This document shows, piece by piece, positions 40,653 through 59,990 of a stretch of DNA of 64,000 nt. The notes under the pieces were generated by a model, which did no database searches, was not told the origin of the DNA, and worked only from the letters and a program-made list of their open reading frames with translations. The position numbers and the translations under genes are program-made. The stretch's first letter is position 1. Each line of letters opens with the position of its first letter. Source of the stretch: the human T2T-CHM13v2.0 reference genome, Homo sapiens; the NCBI RefSeq assembly GCF_009914755.1, contig NC_060948.1, one strand, 5' to 3'.

Positions 40653-42780
40653 AGATCCGTATTTTTTAAATGAAAAAAAATTTCAAAGGTACTCTGCTTG
40701 GTACAATAATCAAATGTATAAACTGAGGAATAAAACATAACCATGAAACCTACTTATAACGGCATATGGAAAATACAGAGGATAATTTTTTAAATAACAT
40801 ATTTTGAAAGCCTTAACTAGTAATTTGAAGAGCTGGCATTTGAAAGGCCAGTATGAATATACCTTCAAAGCAGCAACACAGGTTCCCCATGAGAAAAAGC
40901 AAACACAGGGAAAATAAAAACACAAAGGTTCAATCTCTTCTGACCTTTGAAAGACACAGCACAGACAGTGGTCCTTAGGACGAAGAGCAGGAGACCCCTA
41001 ATTCCGTCACCATGGCGATAGGGCATAAACATTGCTGGGTGAGGGCACAATCCACATTGTGAGGTCCAACTGCTGCCAGGAAGACAGGAGTGCTTTTACA
41101 TAGACCGAAAGGTCATTGAAGGCTCAGAGTTTTGTTTCAAGAACTGAATCCCAAGCCCACACGTTATTAGGCTGCGCTTCTTAAAACAAGTTATGAGATG
41201 GGAAAAAGGGCACCCACAAACATACGTATACATTATGTATATAATAATATACCGTATCATATATATAATATATATAACCTATGTATAATATTGTTTTACA
41301 TCCTGCATCTTATGTTATATATATTGTATAAAATATAATAATTGATAATATATAAGTTTTATATTTATACAATATGACATATAGTATATATTATAATTTA
41401 TGACATATATAATATATGTTATATATCATATATAGAATATATTATACGGTTAATATACGTATTAAATATAAATTATACATTATATATATTATATATAATA
41501 TATCTGTTATATATAATACCCATTATGCATAATATATATATTATGTCTATGTTATATATAGTATAAAACAACAGATAATAATATATAATTGTATATATAA
41601 AATGCGACATATAATATATATTATATTTTATAACATATGTAATATATATTATATATTATATATAATACGTTGTATGTATAATACCTATATTAAATATATA
41701 TTATATGACTATGTTATTAATTACACGTCACATGTGTTATATATTATATATTTTACATAGAATATACCGGTTACATACAATATATACTATGTTACCTATA
41801 ATGTATAATTTATTACATGTAAAATAAAGAATGCAATATATTATGTATAATTTATAATATACAATATGTGGAATGTGATATATATAACATATAATATATG
41901 ATATATGATATACAGTATATGATATATAACATACAATATATGATTCCTAATATATATGGTATACAATATATATTTTATGACATGTATTCTATATGTTTTA
42001 TATTCTGTTATATATAACTATTTGAAATTATATATAACTGTATAATATTTTATGTAAATATGTAATATAATATATATAACTATATAATATATTATAGATA
42101 ACTACATATTATGTTATATATACTTTTATAACATAATTTACATAAAATATCATAATATAATATATATTATATTATTTCATATTACATAATATATATTACA
42201 TATCACCCAATATAACTAACATACATAATATTATAATATAGATTATATTATGTTATATTAAATATCATATATATCATGTATCATATATTCTATAATATAT
42301 ATTACACATTATATAATATGTATGTTGTGTACTATGTGATATATATAACTCTATATATAATTATATTATTATACATATAACTAGATAAACATGTAATTCT
42401 ACATATTTTCATTTATAATATGTAGAATTATATAATCATATATAATTATTTATATTCTATAAAAAATTTTATCATTCTATAAATTATAATATATAAAAAT
42501 TATCATATGTACTACAAATATATATATTGTATATCATATATGATATAGTACCTTTGTTATATATCATAATACATATAAATGTGTATTATGTTATCTATAA
42601 TTATATAATTTCATATATAAGATGTATAATATGTATCATATATTATATATGTTATGTAATATATATAGTATATATAAGATGACACAGGATAAATATTATA
42701 TACTATGACATATAAAATATATGAGGTTATATGTTACATATAAGGCATAGCACATAACATGTAATATATATCATATATAA

Positions 42781-43072
42781 TTTTTTTTTAGACAGAATCT
42801 TGTCCTGTTGCACAGGGTGGGGTACAATGGCGCCATCTTTGCTCACTGCAACTTCTGCCTCACGGGTCCAAGCGATTGCCCTCCCTCAGCCTCCCAGGTA
42901 GCTGGGACTACACCACACTGGGACTACACCAGCTGCCACCATGCCTAGCTAATTTTTTGGATTTTTAGTAGTGACAGCGTTTCACTGTATTGGCCAGGAT
43001 GGTCTTGATCTCTTCACCTTGTGATCCCCTTGCCTTGGCCTCCAAATTTGCTGGGATTACAGGCCTGAGCCA
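42781..43072 (-). mobile_element. Alu copy (U18)
   Basis: Same, with gattgccctc variant. Confidence 0.95.
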
Positions 43073-45175
43073 AGATCCATATTTTTTAAATGAAAAAAAA
43101 TTTCAAAGGTACTCTGCTTGGTACAATAATCAAATGTATAAACTGAGGAATAAAACATAACCATGAAACCTACTTATAACTGCATATGGAAAATACAGAG
43201 GATAATTTTTTAAATAACATATTTTGAAAGCCTTAACTAGTAATTTGAAGAGTTGGCATTTGAAAGGCCAGTATGAATATACCTTCAAAGCAGCAACACA
43301 GGTTCCCCATGAGAAAAAGCAAACACAGGGAAAATAAAAACACAAAGGTTCAATCTCTTCTGACCTTTGAAAGACACAGCACAGACAGTGGTCCTTAGGA
43401 CGAAGAGCAGGAGACCCCTAATTCCGTCACCATGGCGATAGGGCATAAACATTGCTGGGTGAGGGCACAATCCACATTGTGAGGTCCAACTGCTGCCAGG
43501 AAGACAGGAGTGCTTTTACATAGACCGAAAGGTCATTGAAGGCTCAGAGTTTTGTTTCAAGAACTGAATCCCAAGCCCACACGTTATTCGGCTGCGCTTC
43601 TTAAAACAAGTTATGAGATGGGAAAAAGGGCACCCACAAACATACGTATACATTATGTATATAATAATATACAGTATCATATATATAATATATATAACCT
43701 ATGTATAATATTGTTTTACATCCTGCATCTTGTTATATATATTGTATAAAATATAATAATTGATAATATATAAGTTTTATATTTATACAATATGACATAT
43801 AGTATATATTATAATTTATGACATATATAATATATGTTATATATCATATATAGAATATATTATACGGTTAATATACGTATTAAATATAAATTATACATTA
43901 TATATATTATATATAATATATCTGTTATATATAATACCCATTATGCATAATATATATATTATGTCTATGTTATATATAGTATAAAACAACAGATAATAAT
44001 ATATAATTGTATATATAAAATGCGACATATAATATATATTATATTTTATAACATATGTAATATATATTATATATTATATATAATACGTTGTATGTATAAT
44101 ACCTATATTAAATATATATTATATGACAATGTTATTAATTACATGTCACATGTGTTATATATTATATATTTTACATAGAATATACCGGTTACATACAATA
44201 TATACTATGTTACCTATAATGTATAATTTATTACATGTAAAATAAAGAATGCAATATATTATGTATAATTTATAATATACAATATGTGGAATGTGATATA
44301 TATAACATATAATATATGATATATGATATACAGTATATCATATATAACATACAATATATGATTCCTAATATATATGGTATACAATATATATTTTATGACA
44401 TGTATTCTATATGTTTTATATTCTGTTATATATAACTATTTGAAATTATATATAACTGTATAATATTTTATGTAAATATGTAATATAATATATATAACTA
44501 TATAATATATTATAGATAACTATATATTATGTTATATATACTTTTATAACATAATTTACATAAAATATCATAATATAATATATATTATATTATTTCATAT
44601 TACATAATATATATTACATATCACCCAATATAACTAACATACATAATATTATAATATAGATTATATTATGTTATATTAAATATCATATATATCATGTATC
44701 ATATATTCTATAATATATATTACACATTATATAATATGTATGTTGTCTACTATGTGATATATATAACTCTATATATAATTATATTATTATACATATAACT
44801 AGATAAACATGTAATTCTACATATTTTCATTTATAATATGTAGAATTATATAATCATATATAATTATTTATATTCTATAAAAAATTTTATCATTCTATAA
44901 ATTATAATATATAAAAATTATCATATGTACTACAAATATATATATTGTATATCATATATGATATAGTATCTTTGTTATATATCATAATACATATAAATGT
45001 GTATTATGTTATCTATAATTATATAATTTCATATATAAGATGTATAATATGTATCATATATTATATATGTTATGTAATATATATAGTATATATAAGATGA
45101 CACAGGATAAATATTATATACTATGACATATAAAATATATGAGGTTATATGTTACATATAAGGCATAGCACATAA

Positions 45176-45474
<299 letters not shown>

Positions 45475-47579
45475 AGATCCATATTTTTTAAATGAAAAAA
45501 AATTTCAAAGGTACTCTGCTTGGTACAATAATCTAATGTATAAAGTGAGGAATAAAACATAACCATGAAACCTACTTATAACTGCATATGGAAAATACAG
45601 AGGATAATTTTTTAAATAACATATTTTGAAAGCTTTAACTAGTAATTTGAAGAGTTGGCATTTGAAAGGCCAGTATGAATATACCTTCAAAGCAGCAACA
45701 CAGGTTCCCCATGAGAAAAAGCAAACACAGGGAAAATAAAAACACAAAGGTTCAATCTCTTCTGACCTTTGAAAGACACAGCACAGACAGTGGTCCTTAG
45801 GACGAAGAGCAGGAGACCCTTAATTCCGTCACCATGGCGATAGGGCATAAACATTGCTGGGTGAGGGCACAATCCACATTGTGAGGTCCAACTGCTGCCA
45901 GGAAGACAAGAGTGCTTTTACATAGACCGAAAGGTCATTGAAGGCTCAGAGTTTTGTTTCAAGAACTGAATCCCAAGCCCACACGTTATTAGGCTGCGCT
46001 TCTTAAAACAAGTTATGAGATGGGAAAAAGGGCACCCACAAACATACGTATACATTATGTATATAATAATATACAGTATCATATATATAATATATATAAC
46101 CGATGTATAATATTGTTTTACATCCTGCATCTTATGTTATATATATTGTATAAAATATAATAATTGATAATATATAATTTTTATATTTATACAATATGAC
46201 ATATAGTATATATTATAATTTATGACATATATAATATATGTTATATATCATATATAGAATATATTATACGGTTAATATACGTATTAAATATAAATTATAC
46301 ATTATATATATTATATATAATATATCTGTTATATATAATACCCATTATGCATAATATATATATTATGTCTATGTTATATATAGTATAAAACAACAGATAA
46401 TAATATATAATTGTATATATAAAATGCGACATATAATATATATTATATTTTATAACAAATGTAATATATATTATATATTATATATAATACGTTGTATGTA
46501 TAATACCTATATTAAATATATATTATATGACTATGTTATTAATTACATGTCACATGTGTTATACATTATATATTTTACATAGAATATACCGGTTACATAC
46601 AATATATACTATGTTACCTATAATGTATAATTTATTACATGTAAAATAAAGAATGCAATATATTATGTATAATTTATAATATACAATATGTGGAATGTGA
46701 TATATATAACATATAATATATGATATATGATATACAGTATATGATATATAACATACAATATATGATTCCTAATATATATGGTATACAATATATATTTTAT
46801 GACATGTATTCTATATGTTTTATATTCTGTTATATATAACTATTTGAAATTATATATAACTGTATAATATTTTATGTAAATATGTAATATAATATATATA
46901 ACTATATAATATATTATATATAACTATATATTATGTTATATATACTTTTATAACATAATTTACATAAAATATCATAATATAATATATATTATATTATTTC
47001 ATATTACATAATATATATTACATATCACCCAATATAAGTAACATACATAATATTATAATATAGATTATATTATGTTATATTAAATATCATATATGTCATG
47101 TATCATATATTCTATAATATATATTACACATTATATAATATGTATGTTGTCTATTATGTGATATATATAACTATATATATAATTATTTTATTATACATAT
47201 AACTAGATAAACATGTAATTCTACATATTTTCATTTATAATATGTAGAATTATATAATCATATATAATTATTTATATTCTATAAAAAATTTTATCATTAT
47301 ATTAATTATAATATATAAAAATTATAATATGTACTACAAATATATATATTATATATCATATATGATATAGTACCTTTGTTATATATCATAATACATATAA
47401 ATGTGTATTAAGTTATCTATAATTATATAATTTCATATATAAGATGTGTAATATGTATCATATATTATATATGTTATGTAATATATATAGTATATATAAG
47501 ATGACACAGGATAAATATTATATACTATGACATATAAAATATATGAGGTTATATGTTACATATAAGGCATAGCACATAA

Positions 47580-47894
<315 letters not shown>

Positions 47895-49997
47895 AGATCC
47901 ATATTTTTTAAATGAAAAAAAATTTCAAAGGTACTCTGCTTGGTACAATAATCAAATGTATAAACTGAGGAATGAAACATAACCATGAAACCTACTTATA
48001 ACTGCATATGGAAAATACAGAGGATAATTTTTTAAATAACATATTTTGAAAGCCTTAACTAGTAATTTGAAGAGTTGGCATTTGAAAGGCCAGTATGAAT
48101 ATACCTTCAAAGCAGCAACACAGGTTCCCCATGAGAAAAAGCAAACACAGGGAAAATAAAAACACAAAGGTTCAATCTCTTCTGACCTTTGAAAGACACA
48201 GCACAGACAGTGGTCCTTAGGACGAAGAGCAGGAGACCCCTAATTCCGTCACCATGGCGATAGGGCATAAACATTGCTGGGTGAGGGCACAATCCACATT
48301 GTGAGGTCCAACTGCTGCCAGGAAGACAGGAGTGCTTTTACATAGACCGAAAGGTCATTGAAGGCTCAGAGTTTTGTTTCAAGAACTGAATCCCAAGCCC
48401 ACACGTTATTAGGCTGCGCTTCTTAAAACAAGTTATGAGATGGGAAAAAGGGCACCCACAAACATACGTATACATTATGTATATAATAATATACAGTATC
48501 ATATATATAATATATATAACCTATGTATAATATTGTTTTACATCCTGCATCTTATGTTATATATATTGTATAAAATATAATAATTGATAATATATAAGTT
48601 TTATATTTATACAATATGACATATAGTATATATTATAATTTATGACATATATAATATATGTTATATGTCATATATAGAATATATTATACGGTTAATATGC
48701 GTATTAAATATAAATTATACATTATATATATTATATATAATATATCTGTTATATATAATACCCATTATGCATAATATATATATTATGTCTATGTTATATA
48801 TAGTATAAAACAACATATAATAATATATAATTGTATATATAAAATGCGACATATAATATATATTATATTTTATAACATATGTAATATATATTATATATTA
48901 TATATAATACGTTGCATGTATAATACCTATATTAAATATATATTATATGACTATGTTATTAATTACATGTCACATGTCTTATATATTATATATTTTACAT
49001 AGAATATACCGCTTACATACAATATATACTGTTACCTATAATGTATAATTTATTACATGTAAAATAAAGAATGCAATATATTATGTATAATTTATAATAT
49101 ACAATATGTGGAATGTGATATATATAACATATAATATATGATATATGATATACAGTATATGATATATAACATACAATATATGATTCCTAATATATATGGT
49201 ATACAATATATATTTTATGACATGTATTCTATATGTTTTATATTCTGTTATATATAACTATTTGAAATTATATAGAACTGTATAATATTTTATGTAAATA
49301 TGTAATATAATATATATAACTATATAATATATTATAGATAACTATATATTATGTTATATATACTTTTATAACATAATTTACATAAAATATCATAATATAA
49401 TATATATTATATTATTTCATATTACATAATATATATTACATATCACCCAATATAACTAACATACATAATATTATAATATAGATTATATTATGTTATATTA
49501 AATATCATATATATCATGTATCATATATTCTATAATATATATTACACATTATATAATATGTATGTTGTGTACTATGTGATATATATAACTCTATATATAA
49601 TTATATTATTATACATATAACTAGATAAACATGTAATTCTACATATTTTCATTTATAATATGTAGAATTATATAATCATATATAATTATTTATATTCTAT
49701 AAAAAATTTTATCATTCTATAAATTATAATATATAAAAATTATCATATGTACTACAAATATATATATTGTATATCATATATGATATAGTACCTGTGTTAT
49801 ATATCATAATACATATAAATGTGTATTATGTTATCTATAATTATATAATTTCATATATAAGATGTATAATATGTATCATATATTATATATGTTATGTAAT
49901 ATATATAGTATATATAAGATGACACAGGATAAATATTATATACTATGACATATAAAATATATGAGGTTATATGTTACATATAAGGCATAGCACATAA

Positions 49998-50312
<315 letters not shown>

Positions 50313-52417
50313 AGATCCATATTTTTTAAATGAAAAAAAATTTCAAAGGTACTCTGCTTGGTACAATAATCAAATGTATAAACTGAGGAATAAAACATAA
50401 CCATGAAACCTACTTATAACTGCATATGGAAAATACAGAGGATAATTTTTTAAATAACATATTTTGAAAGCCTTAACTAGTAATTTGAAGAGCTGGCATT
50501 TGAAAGGCCAGTATGAATATACCTTCAAAGCAGCAACACAGGTTCCCCATGAGAAAAAGCAAACACAGGGAAAATAAAAACACAAAGGTTCAATCTCTTC
50601 TGACCTTTGAAAGACACAGCACAGACAGTGGTCCTTAGGACGAAGAGCAGGAGACCCCTAATTCCGTCACCATGGCGATAGGGCATAAACATTGCTGGGT
50701 GAGGGCACAATCCACATTGTGAGGTCCAACTGCTGCCAGGAAGACAGGAGTGCTTTTACATAGACCGAAAGGTCATTGAAGGCTCAGAGTTTTGTTTCAA
50801 GAACTGAATCCCAAGCCCACACGTTATTAGGCTGCGCTTCTTAAAACAAGTTATGAGATGGGAAAAAGGGCACCCACAAACATACGTATACATTATGTAT
50901 ATAATAATATACAGTATCATATATATAATATATATAACCTATGTATAATATTGTTTTACATCCTGCATCTTATGTTATATATATTGTATAAAATATAATA
51001 ATTGATAATATATAAGTTTTATATTTATACAATATGACATATAGTATATATTATAATTTATGACATATATAATATATGTTATATATCATATATAGAATAT
51101 ATTATACGGTTAATATACGTATTAAATATAAATTATACATTATATATATTATATATAATATATCTGTTATATATAATACCCAATATGCATAATATATATA
51201 TTATGTCTATGTTATATATAGTATAAAACAACAGATAATAATATATAATTGTATATATAAAATGCGACATATAATATATATTATATTTTATAACATATGT
51301 AATATATATTATATATTATATATAATACGTTGTATGTATAATACCTATATTAAATATATATTATATGACTATGTTATTAATTACATGTCACATGTGTTAT
51401 ATATTATATATTTTACATAGAATATACCGGTTACATACAATATATACTATGTTACCTATAATGTATAATTTATTACATGTAAAATAAAGAATGCAATATA
51501 TTATGTATAATTTATAATATACAATATGTGGAATGTGATATATGTAACATATAATATATGATATATGATATACAGTATATGATATATAACATACAATATA
51601 TGATTCCTAATATATATGGTATACAATATATATTTTATGACATGTATTCTATATGTTTTATATTCTGTTATATATAACTATTTGAAATTATATATAACTG
51701 TATAATATTTTATGTAAATATGTAATATAATATATATAACTATATAATATATTATAGATAACTATATATTATGTTATATATACTTTTATAACATAATTTA
51801 CATAAAATATCATAATATAATATATATTATATTATTTCATATTACATAATATATATTACATATCACCCAATATAACTAACATACATAATATTATAATATA
51901 GATTATATTATGTTATATTAAATATCATATATATCATGTATCATATATTCTATAATATATATTACACATTATATAATATGTATGTTGTCTACTATGTGAT
52001 ATATATAACTCTATATATAATTATATTATTATACATATAACTAGATAAACATGTAATTCTACATATTTTCATTTATAATATGTAGAATTATATAATCATA
52101 TATAATTATTTATATTCTATAAAAAATTTTATCATTCTATAAATTATAATATATAAAAATTATCATATGTACTACAAATATATATATTGTATATCATATA
52201 TGATATAGTACCTTTGTTATATATCATAATACATATAAATGTGTATTATGTTATCTATAATTATATAATTTCATATATAAGATGTATAATATGTATCATA
52301 TATTATATATGTTATGTAATATATATAGTATATATAAGATGACACAGGATAAATATTATATACTATGACATATAAAATATATGAGGTTATATGTTACATA
52401 TAAGGCATAGCACATAA

Positions 52418-52732
<315 letters not shown>

Positions 52733-54835
52733 AGATCCATATTTTTTAAATGAAAAAAAATTTCAAAGGTACTCTGCTTGGTACAATAATCAAATGTATA
52801 AACTGAGGAATAAAACATAACCATGAAACCTACTTATAACGGCATATGGAAAATACAGAGGATAATTTTTTAAATAACATATTTTGAAAGCCTTAACTAG
52901 TAATTTGAAGAGCTGGCATTTGAAAGGCCAGTATGAATATACCTTCAAAGCAGCAACACAGGTTCCCCATGAGAAAAAGCAAACACAGGGAAAATAAAAA
53001 CACAAAGGTTCAATCTCTTCTGACCTTTGAAAGACACAGCACAGACAGTGGTCCTTAGGACGAAGAGCAGGAGACCCCTAATTCCGTCACCATGGCGATA
53101 GGGCATAAACATTGCTGGGTGAGGGCACAATCCACATTGTGAGGTCCAACTGCTGCCAGGAAGACAGGAGTGCTTTTACATAGACCGAAAGGTCATTGAA
53201 GGCTCAGAGTTTTGTTTCAAGAACTGAATCCCAAGCCCACACGTTATTAGGCTGCGCTTCTTAAAACAAGTTATGAGATGGGAAAAAGGGCACCCACAAA
53301 CATACGTATACATTATGTATATAATAATATACAGTATCATATATATAATATATATAACCTATGTATAATATTGTTTTACATCCTGCATCTTGTTATATAT
53401 ATTGTATAAAATATAATAATTGATAATATATAAGTTTTATATTTATACAATATGACATATAGTATATATTATAATTTATGACATATATAATATATGTTAT
53501 ATATCATATATAGAATATATTATACGGTTAATATACGTATTAAATATAAATTATACATTATATATATTATATATAATATATCTGTTATATATAATACCCA
53601 TTATGCATGATATATATATTATGTCTATGTTATATATAGTATAAAACAACATATAATAATATATAATTGTATATATAAAATGCGACATATAATATATATT
53701 ATATTTTATAACATATGTAATATATATTATATATTATATATAATACGTTGTATGTATAATACCTATATTAAATATATATTATATGACTATGTTATTAATT
53801 ACATGTCACATGTGTTATATATTATATATTTTACATAGAATATACCGGTTACATACAATATATACTATGTTACCTATAATGTATAATTTATTACATGTAA
53901 AATAAAGAATGCAATATATTATGCATAATTTATAATATACAATATGTGGAATGTGATATATATAACATATAATATATGATATATGATATACAGTATATGA
54001 TATATAACATACAATATATGATTCCTAATATATATGGTATACAATATATATTTTATGACATGTATTCTATATGTTTTATATTCTGTTATATATAACTATT
54101 TGAAATTATATATAACTGTATAATATTTTATGTAAATATGTAATATAATATATATAACTATATAATATATTATAGATAACTATATATTATGTTATATATA
54201 CTTTTATAACATAATTTACATCAAATATCATAATATAATATATATTATATTATTTCATATTACATAATATATATTACATATCACCCAATATAACTAACAT
54301 ACATAATATTATAATATAGATTATATTATGTTATATTAAATATCATATATATCATGTATCATATATTCTATAATATATATTACACATTATATAATATGTA
54401 TGTTGTCTATTATGTGATATATATAACTCTATATATAATTATATTATTATACATATAACTAGATAAACATGTAATTCTACATATTTTCATTTATAATATG
54501 TAGAATTATATAATCATATATAATTATTTATATTCTATAAAAAATTTTATCATTATATAAATTATAATATATAAAAATTATAATATGTACTACAAATATA
54601 TATATTATATATCATATATGATATAGTACCTTTGTTATATATCATAATACATATAAATGTGTATTAAGTTATCTATAATTATATAATTTCATATATAAGA
54701 TGTATAATATGTATCATATATTATATATGTTATGTAATATATATAGTATATATAAGATGACACAGGATAAATATTATATACTATGACATATAAAATATAT
54801 GAGGTTATATGTTACATATAAGGCATAGCACATAA

Positions 54836-55150
<315 letters not shown>

Positions 55151-57255
55151 AGATCCATATTTTTTAAATGAAAAAAAATTTCAAAGGTACTCTGCTTGGT
55201 ACAATAATCAAATGTATAAACTGAGGAATGAAACATAACCATGAAACCTACTTATAACTGCATATGGAAAATACAGAGGATAATTTTTTAAATAACATAT
55301 TTTGAAAGCCTTAACTAGTAATTTGAAGAGTTGGCATTTGAAAGGCCAGTATGAATATACCTTCAAAGCAGCAACACAGGTTCCCCATGAGAAAAAGCAA
55401 ACACAGGGAAAATAAAAACACAAAGGTTCAATCTCTTCTGACCTTTGAAAGACACAGCACAGACAGTGGTCCTTAGGACGAAGAGCAGGAGACCCCTAAT
55501 TCCGTCACCATGGCGATAGGGCATAAACATTGCTGGGTGAGGGCACAATCCACATTGTGAGGTCCAACTGCTGCCAGGAAGACAGGAGTGCTTTTACATA
55601 GACCGAAAGGTCATTGAAGGCTCAGAGTTTTGTTTCAAGAACTGAATCCCAAGCCCACACGTTATTAGGCTGCGCTTCTTAAAACAAGTTATGAGATGGG
55701 AAAAAGGGCACCCACAAACATACGTATACATTATGTATATAATAATATACAGTGTCATATATATAATATATATAACCTATGTATAATATTGTTTTACATC
55801 CTGCATCTTATGTTATATATATTGTATAAAATATAATAATTGATAATATATAAGTTTTATATTTATACAATATGACATATAGTATATATTATAATTTATG
55901 ACATATATAATATATGTTATATATCATATATAGAATATATTATACGGTTAATATACGTATTAAATATAAATTATACATTATATATATTATATATAATATA
56001 TCTGTTATATATAATACCCATTATGCATGATATATATATTATGTCTATGTTATATATAGTATAAAACAACATATAATAATATATAATTGTATATATAAAA
56101 TGCGACATATAATATATATTATATTTTATAACATATGTAATATATATTATATATTATATATAATACGTTGTATGTATAATACCTATATTAAATATATATT
56201 ATATGACTATGTTATTAATTACATGTCACATGTGTTATATATTATATATTTTACATAGAATATACCGGTTACATACAATATATACTATGTTACCTATAAT
56301 GTATAATTTATTACATGTAAAATAAAGAATGCAATATATTATTTATAATTTATAATATACCATATGTGGAATGTGATATATATAACATATAATATATGAT
56401 ATATGATATACAGTATATGATATATAACATACAATATATGATTCCTAATATATATGGTATACAATATATATTTTATGATATGTATTCTATATGTTTTATA
56501 TTCTGTTATATATAACTATTTGAAATTATATATAACTGTATAATATTTTATGTAAATATGTAATATAATATATATAACTATATAATATATTATATATAAC
56601 TATATATTATGTTATATATACTTTTATAACATAATTTACATAAAATATCATAATATAATATATATTATATTATTTCATATTACATAATATATATTACATA
56701 TCACCCAATATAAGTAACATACATAATATTATAATATAGATTATATTATGTTATATTAAATATCATATATGTCATGTATCATATATTCTATAATATATAT
56801 TACACATTATATAATATGTATGTTGTCTATTATGTGATATATATAACTATATATATAATTATATTATTATACATATAACTAGATAAACATGTAATTCTAC
56901 ATATTTTCATTTATAATATGTAGAATTATATAATCATATATAATTATTTATATTCTATAAAAAATTTTATCATTATATAAATTATAATATATAAAAATTA
57001 TAATATGTACTACAAATATATATATTATATATCATATATGATATAGTACATTTGTTATATATCATAATACATATAAATGTGTATTAAGTTATCTATAATT
57101 ATATAATTTCATATATATGATGTATAATATGTATCATATATTATATATGTTATGTAATATATATAGTATATATAAGATGATACAGGATAAATATTATATA
57201 CTATGACATATAAAATATATGAGGTTATACGTTACATATAAGGCATAGCACATAA

Positions 57256-57570
<315 letters not shown>

Positions 57571-59675
57571 AGATCCATATTTTTTAAATGAAAAAAAATT
57601 TCAAAGGTACTCTGCTTGGTACAATAATCAAATGTATAAACTGAGGAATGAAACATAACCATGAAACCTACTTATAACTGCATATGGAAAATACAGAGGA
57701 TAATTTTTTAAATAACATATTTTGAAAGCCTTAACTAGTAATTTGAAGAGTTGGCATTTGAAAGGCCAGTATGAATATACCTTCAAAGCAGCAACACAGG
57801 TTCCCCATGAGAAAAAGCAAACACAGGGAAAATAAAAACACAAAGGTTCAATCTCTTCTGACCTTTGAAAGACACAGCACAGACAGTGGTCCTTAGGACG
57901 AAGAGCAGGAGACCCCTAATTCCGTCACCATGGCGATAGGGCATAAACATTGCTGGGTGAGGGCACAATCCACATTGTGAGGTCCAACTGCTGCCAGGAA
58001 GACAGGAGTGCTTTTACATAGACCGAAAGGTCATTGAAGGCTCAGAGTTTTGTTTCAAGAACTGAATCCCAAGCCCACACGTTATTAGGCTGCGCTTCTT
58101 AAAACAAGTTATGAGATGGGAAAAAGGGCACCCACAAACATACGTATACATTATGTATATAATAATATACAGTATCATATATATAATATATATAACCTAT
58201 GTATAATATTGTTTTACATCCTGCATCTTATGTTATATATATTGTATAAAATATAATAATTGATAATATATAAGTTTTATAATTATACAATATGACATAT
58301 AGTATATATTATAATGTATGACATATATAATATATGTTATATGTCATATATAGAATATATTATACGGTTAATATGCGTATTAAATATAAATTATACATTA
58401 TATATATTATATATAATATATCTGTTATATATAATACCCATTATGCATAATATATATATTATGTCTATGTTATATATAGTATAAAACAACATATAATAAT
58501 ATATAATTGTATATATAAAATGCGACATATAATATATATTATATTTTATAACATATGTAATATATATTATATATTATATATAATACGTTGCATGTATAAT
58601 ACCTATATTAAATATATATTATATGACTATGTTATTAATTACATGTCACATGTCTTATATATTATATATTTTACATAGAATATACCGCTTACATACAATA
58701 TATACTATGTTACCTATAATGTATAATTTATTACATGTAAAATAAAGAATGCAATATATTATGTATAATTTATAATATACAATATGTGGAATGTGATATA
58801 TATAACATATAATATATGATATATGATATACAGTATATGATATATAACATACAATATATGATTCCTAATATATATGGTATACAATATATATTTTATGACA
58901 TGTATTCTATATGTTTTATATTCTGTTATATATAACTATTTGAAATTATATAGAACTGTATAATATTTTATGTAAATATGTAATATAATATATATAACTA
59001 TATAATATATTATAGATAACTATATATTATGTTATATATACTTTTATAACATAATTTACATAAAATATCATAATATAATATATATTATATTATTTCATAT
59101 TACATAATATATATTACATATCACCCAATATAACTAACATACATAATATTATAATATAGATTATATTATGTTATATTAAATATCATATATATCATGTATC
59201 ATATATTCTATAATATATATTACACATTATATAATATGTATGTTGTCTACTATGTGATATATATAACTCTATATATAATTATATTATTATACATATAACT
59301 AGATAAACATGTAATTCTACATATTTTCATTTATAATATGTAGAATTATATAATCATATATAATTATTTATATTCTATAAAAAATTTTATCATTCTATAA
59401 ATTATAATATATAAAAATTATCATATGTACTACAAATATATATATTGTATATCATATATGATATATTACCTTTGTTATATATCATAATACATATAAATGT
59501 GTATTATGTTATCTATAATTATATAATTTCATATATAAGATGTATAATATGTATCATATATTATATATGTTATGTAATATATATAGTATATATAAGATGA
59601 CACAGGATAAATATTATATACTATGACATATAAAATATATGAGGTTATATGTTACATATAAGGCATAGCACATAA

Positions 59676-59990
<315 letters not shown>
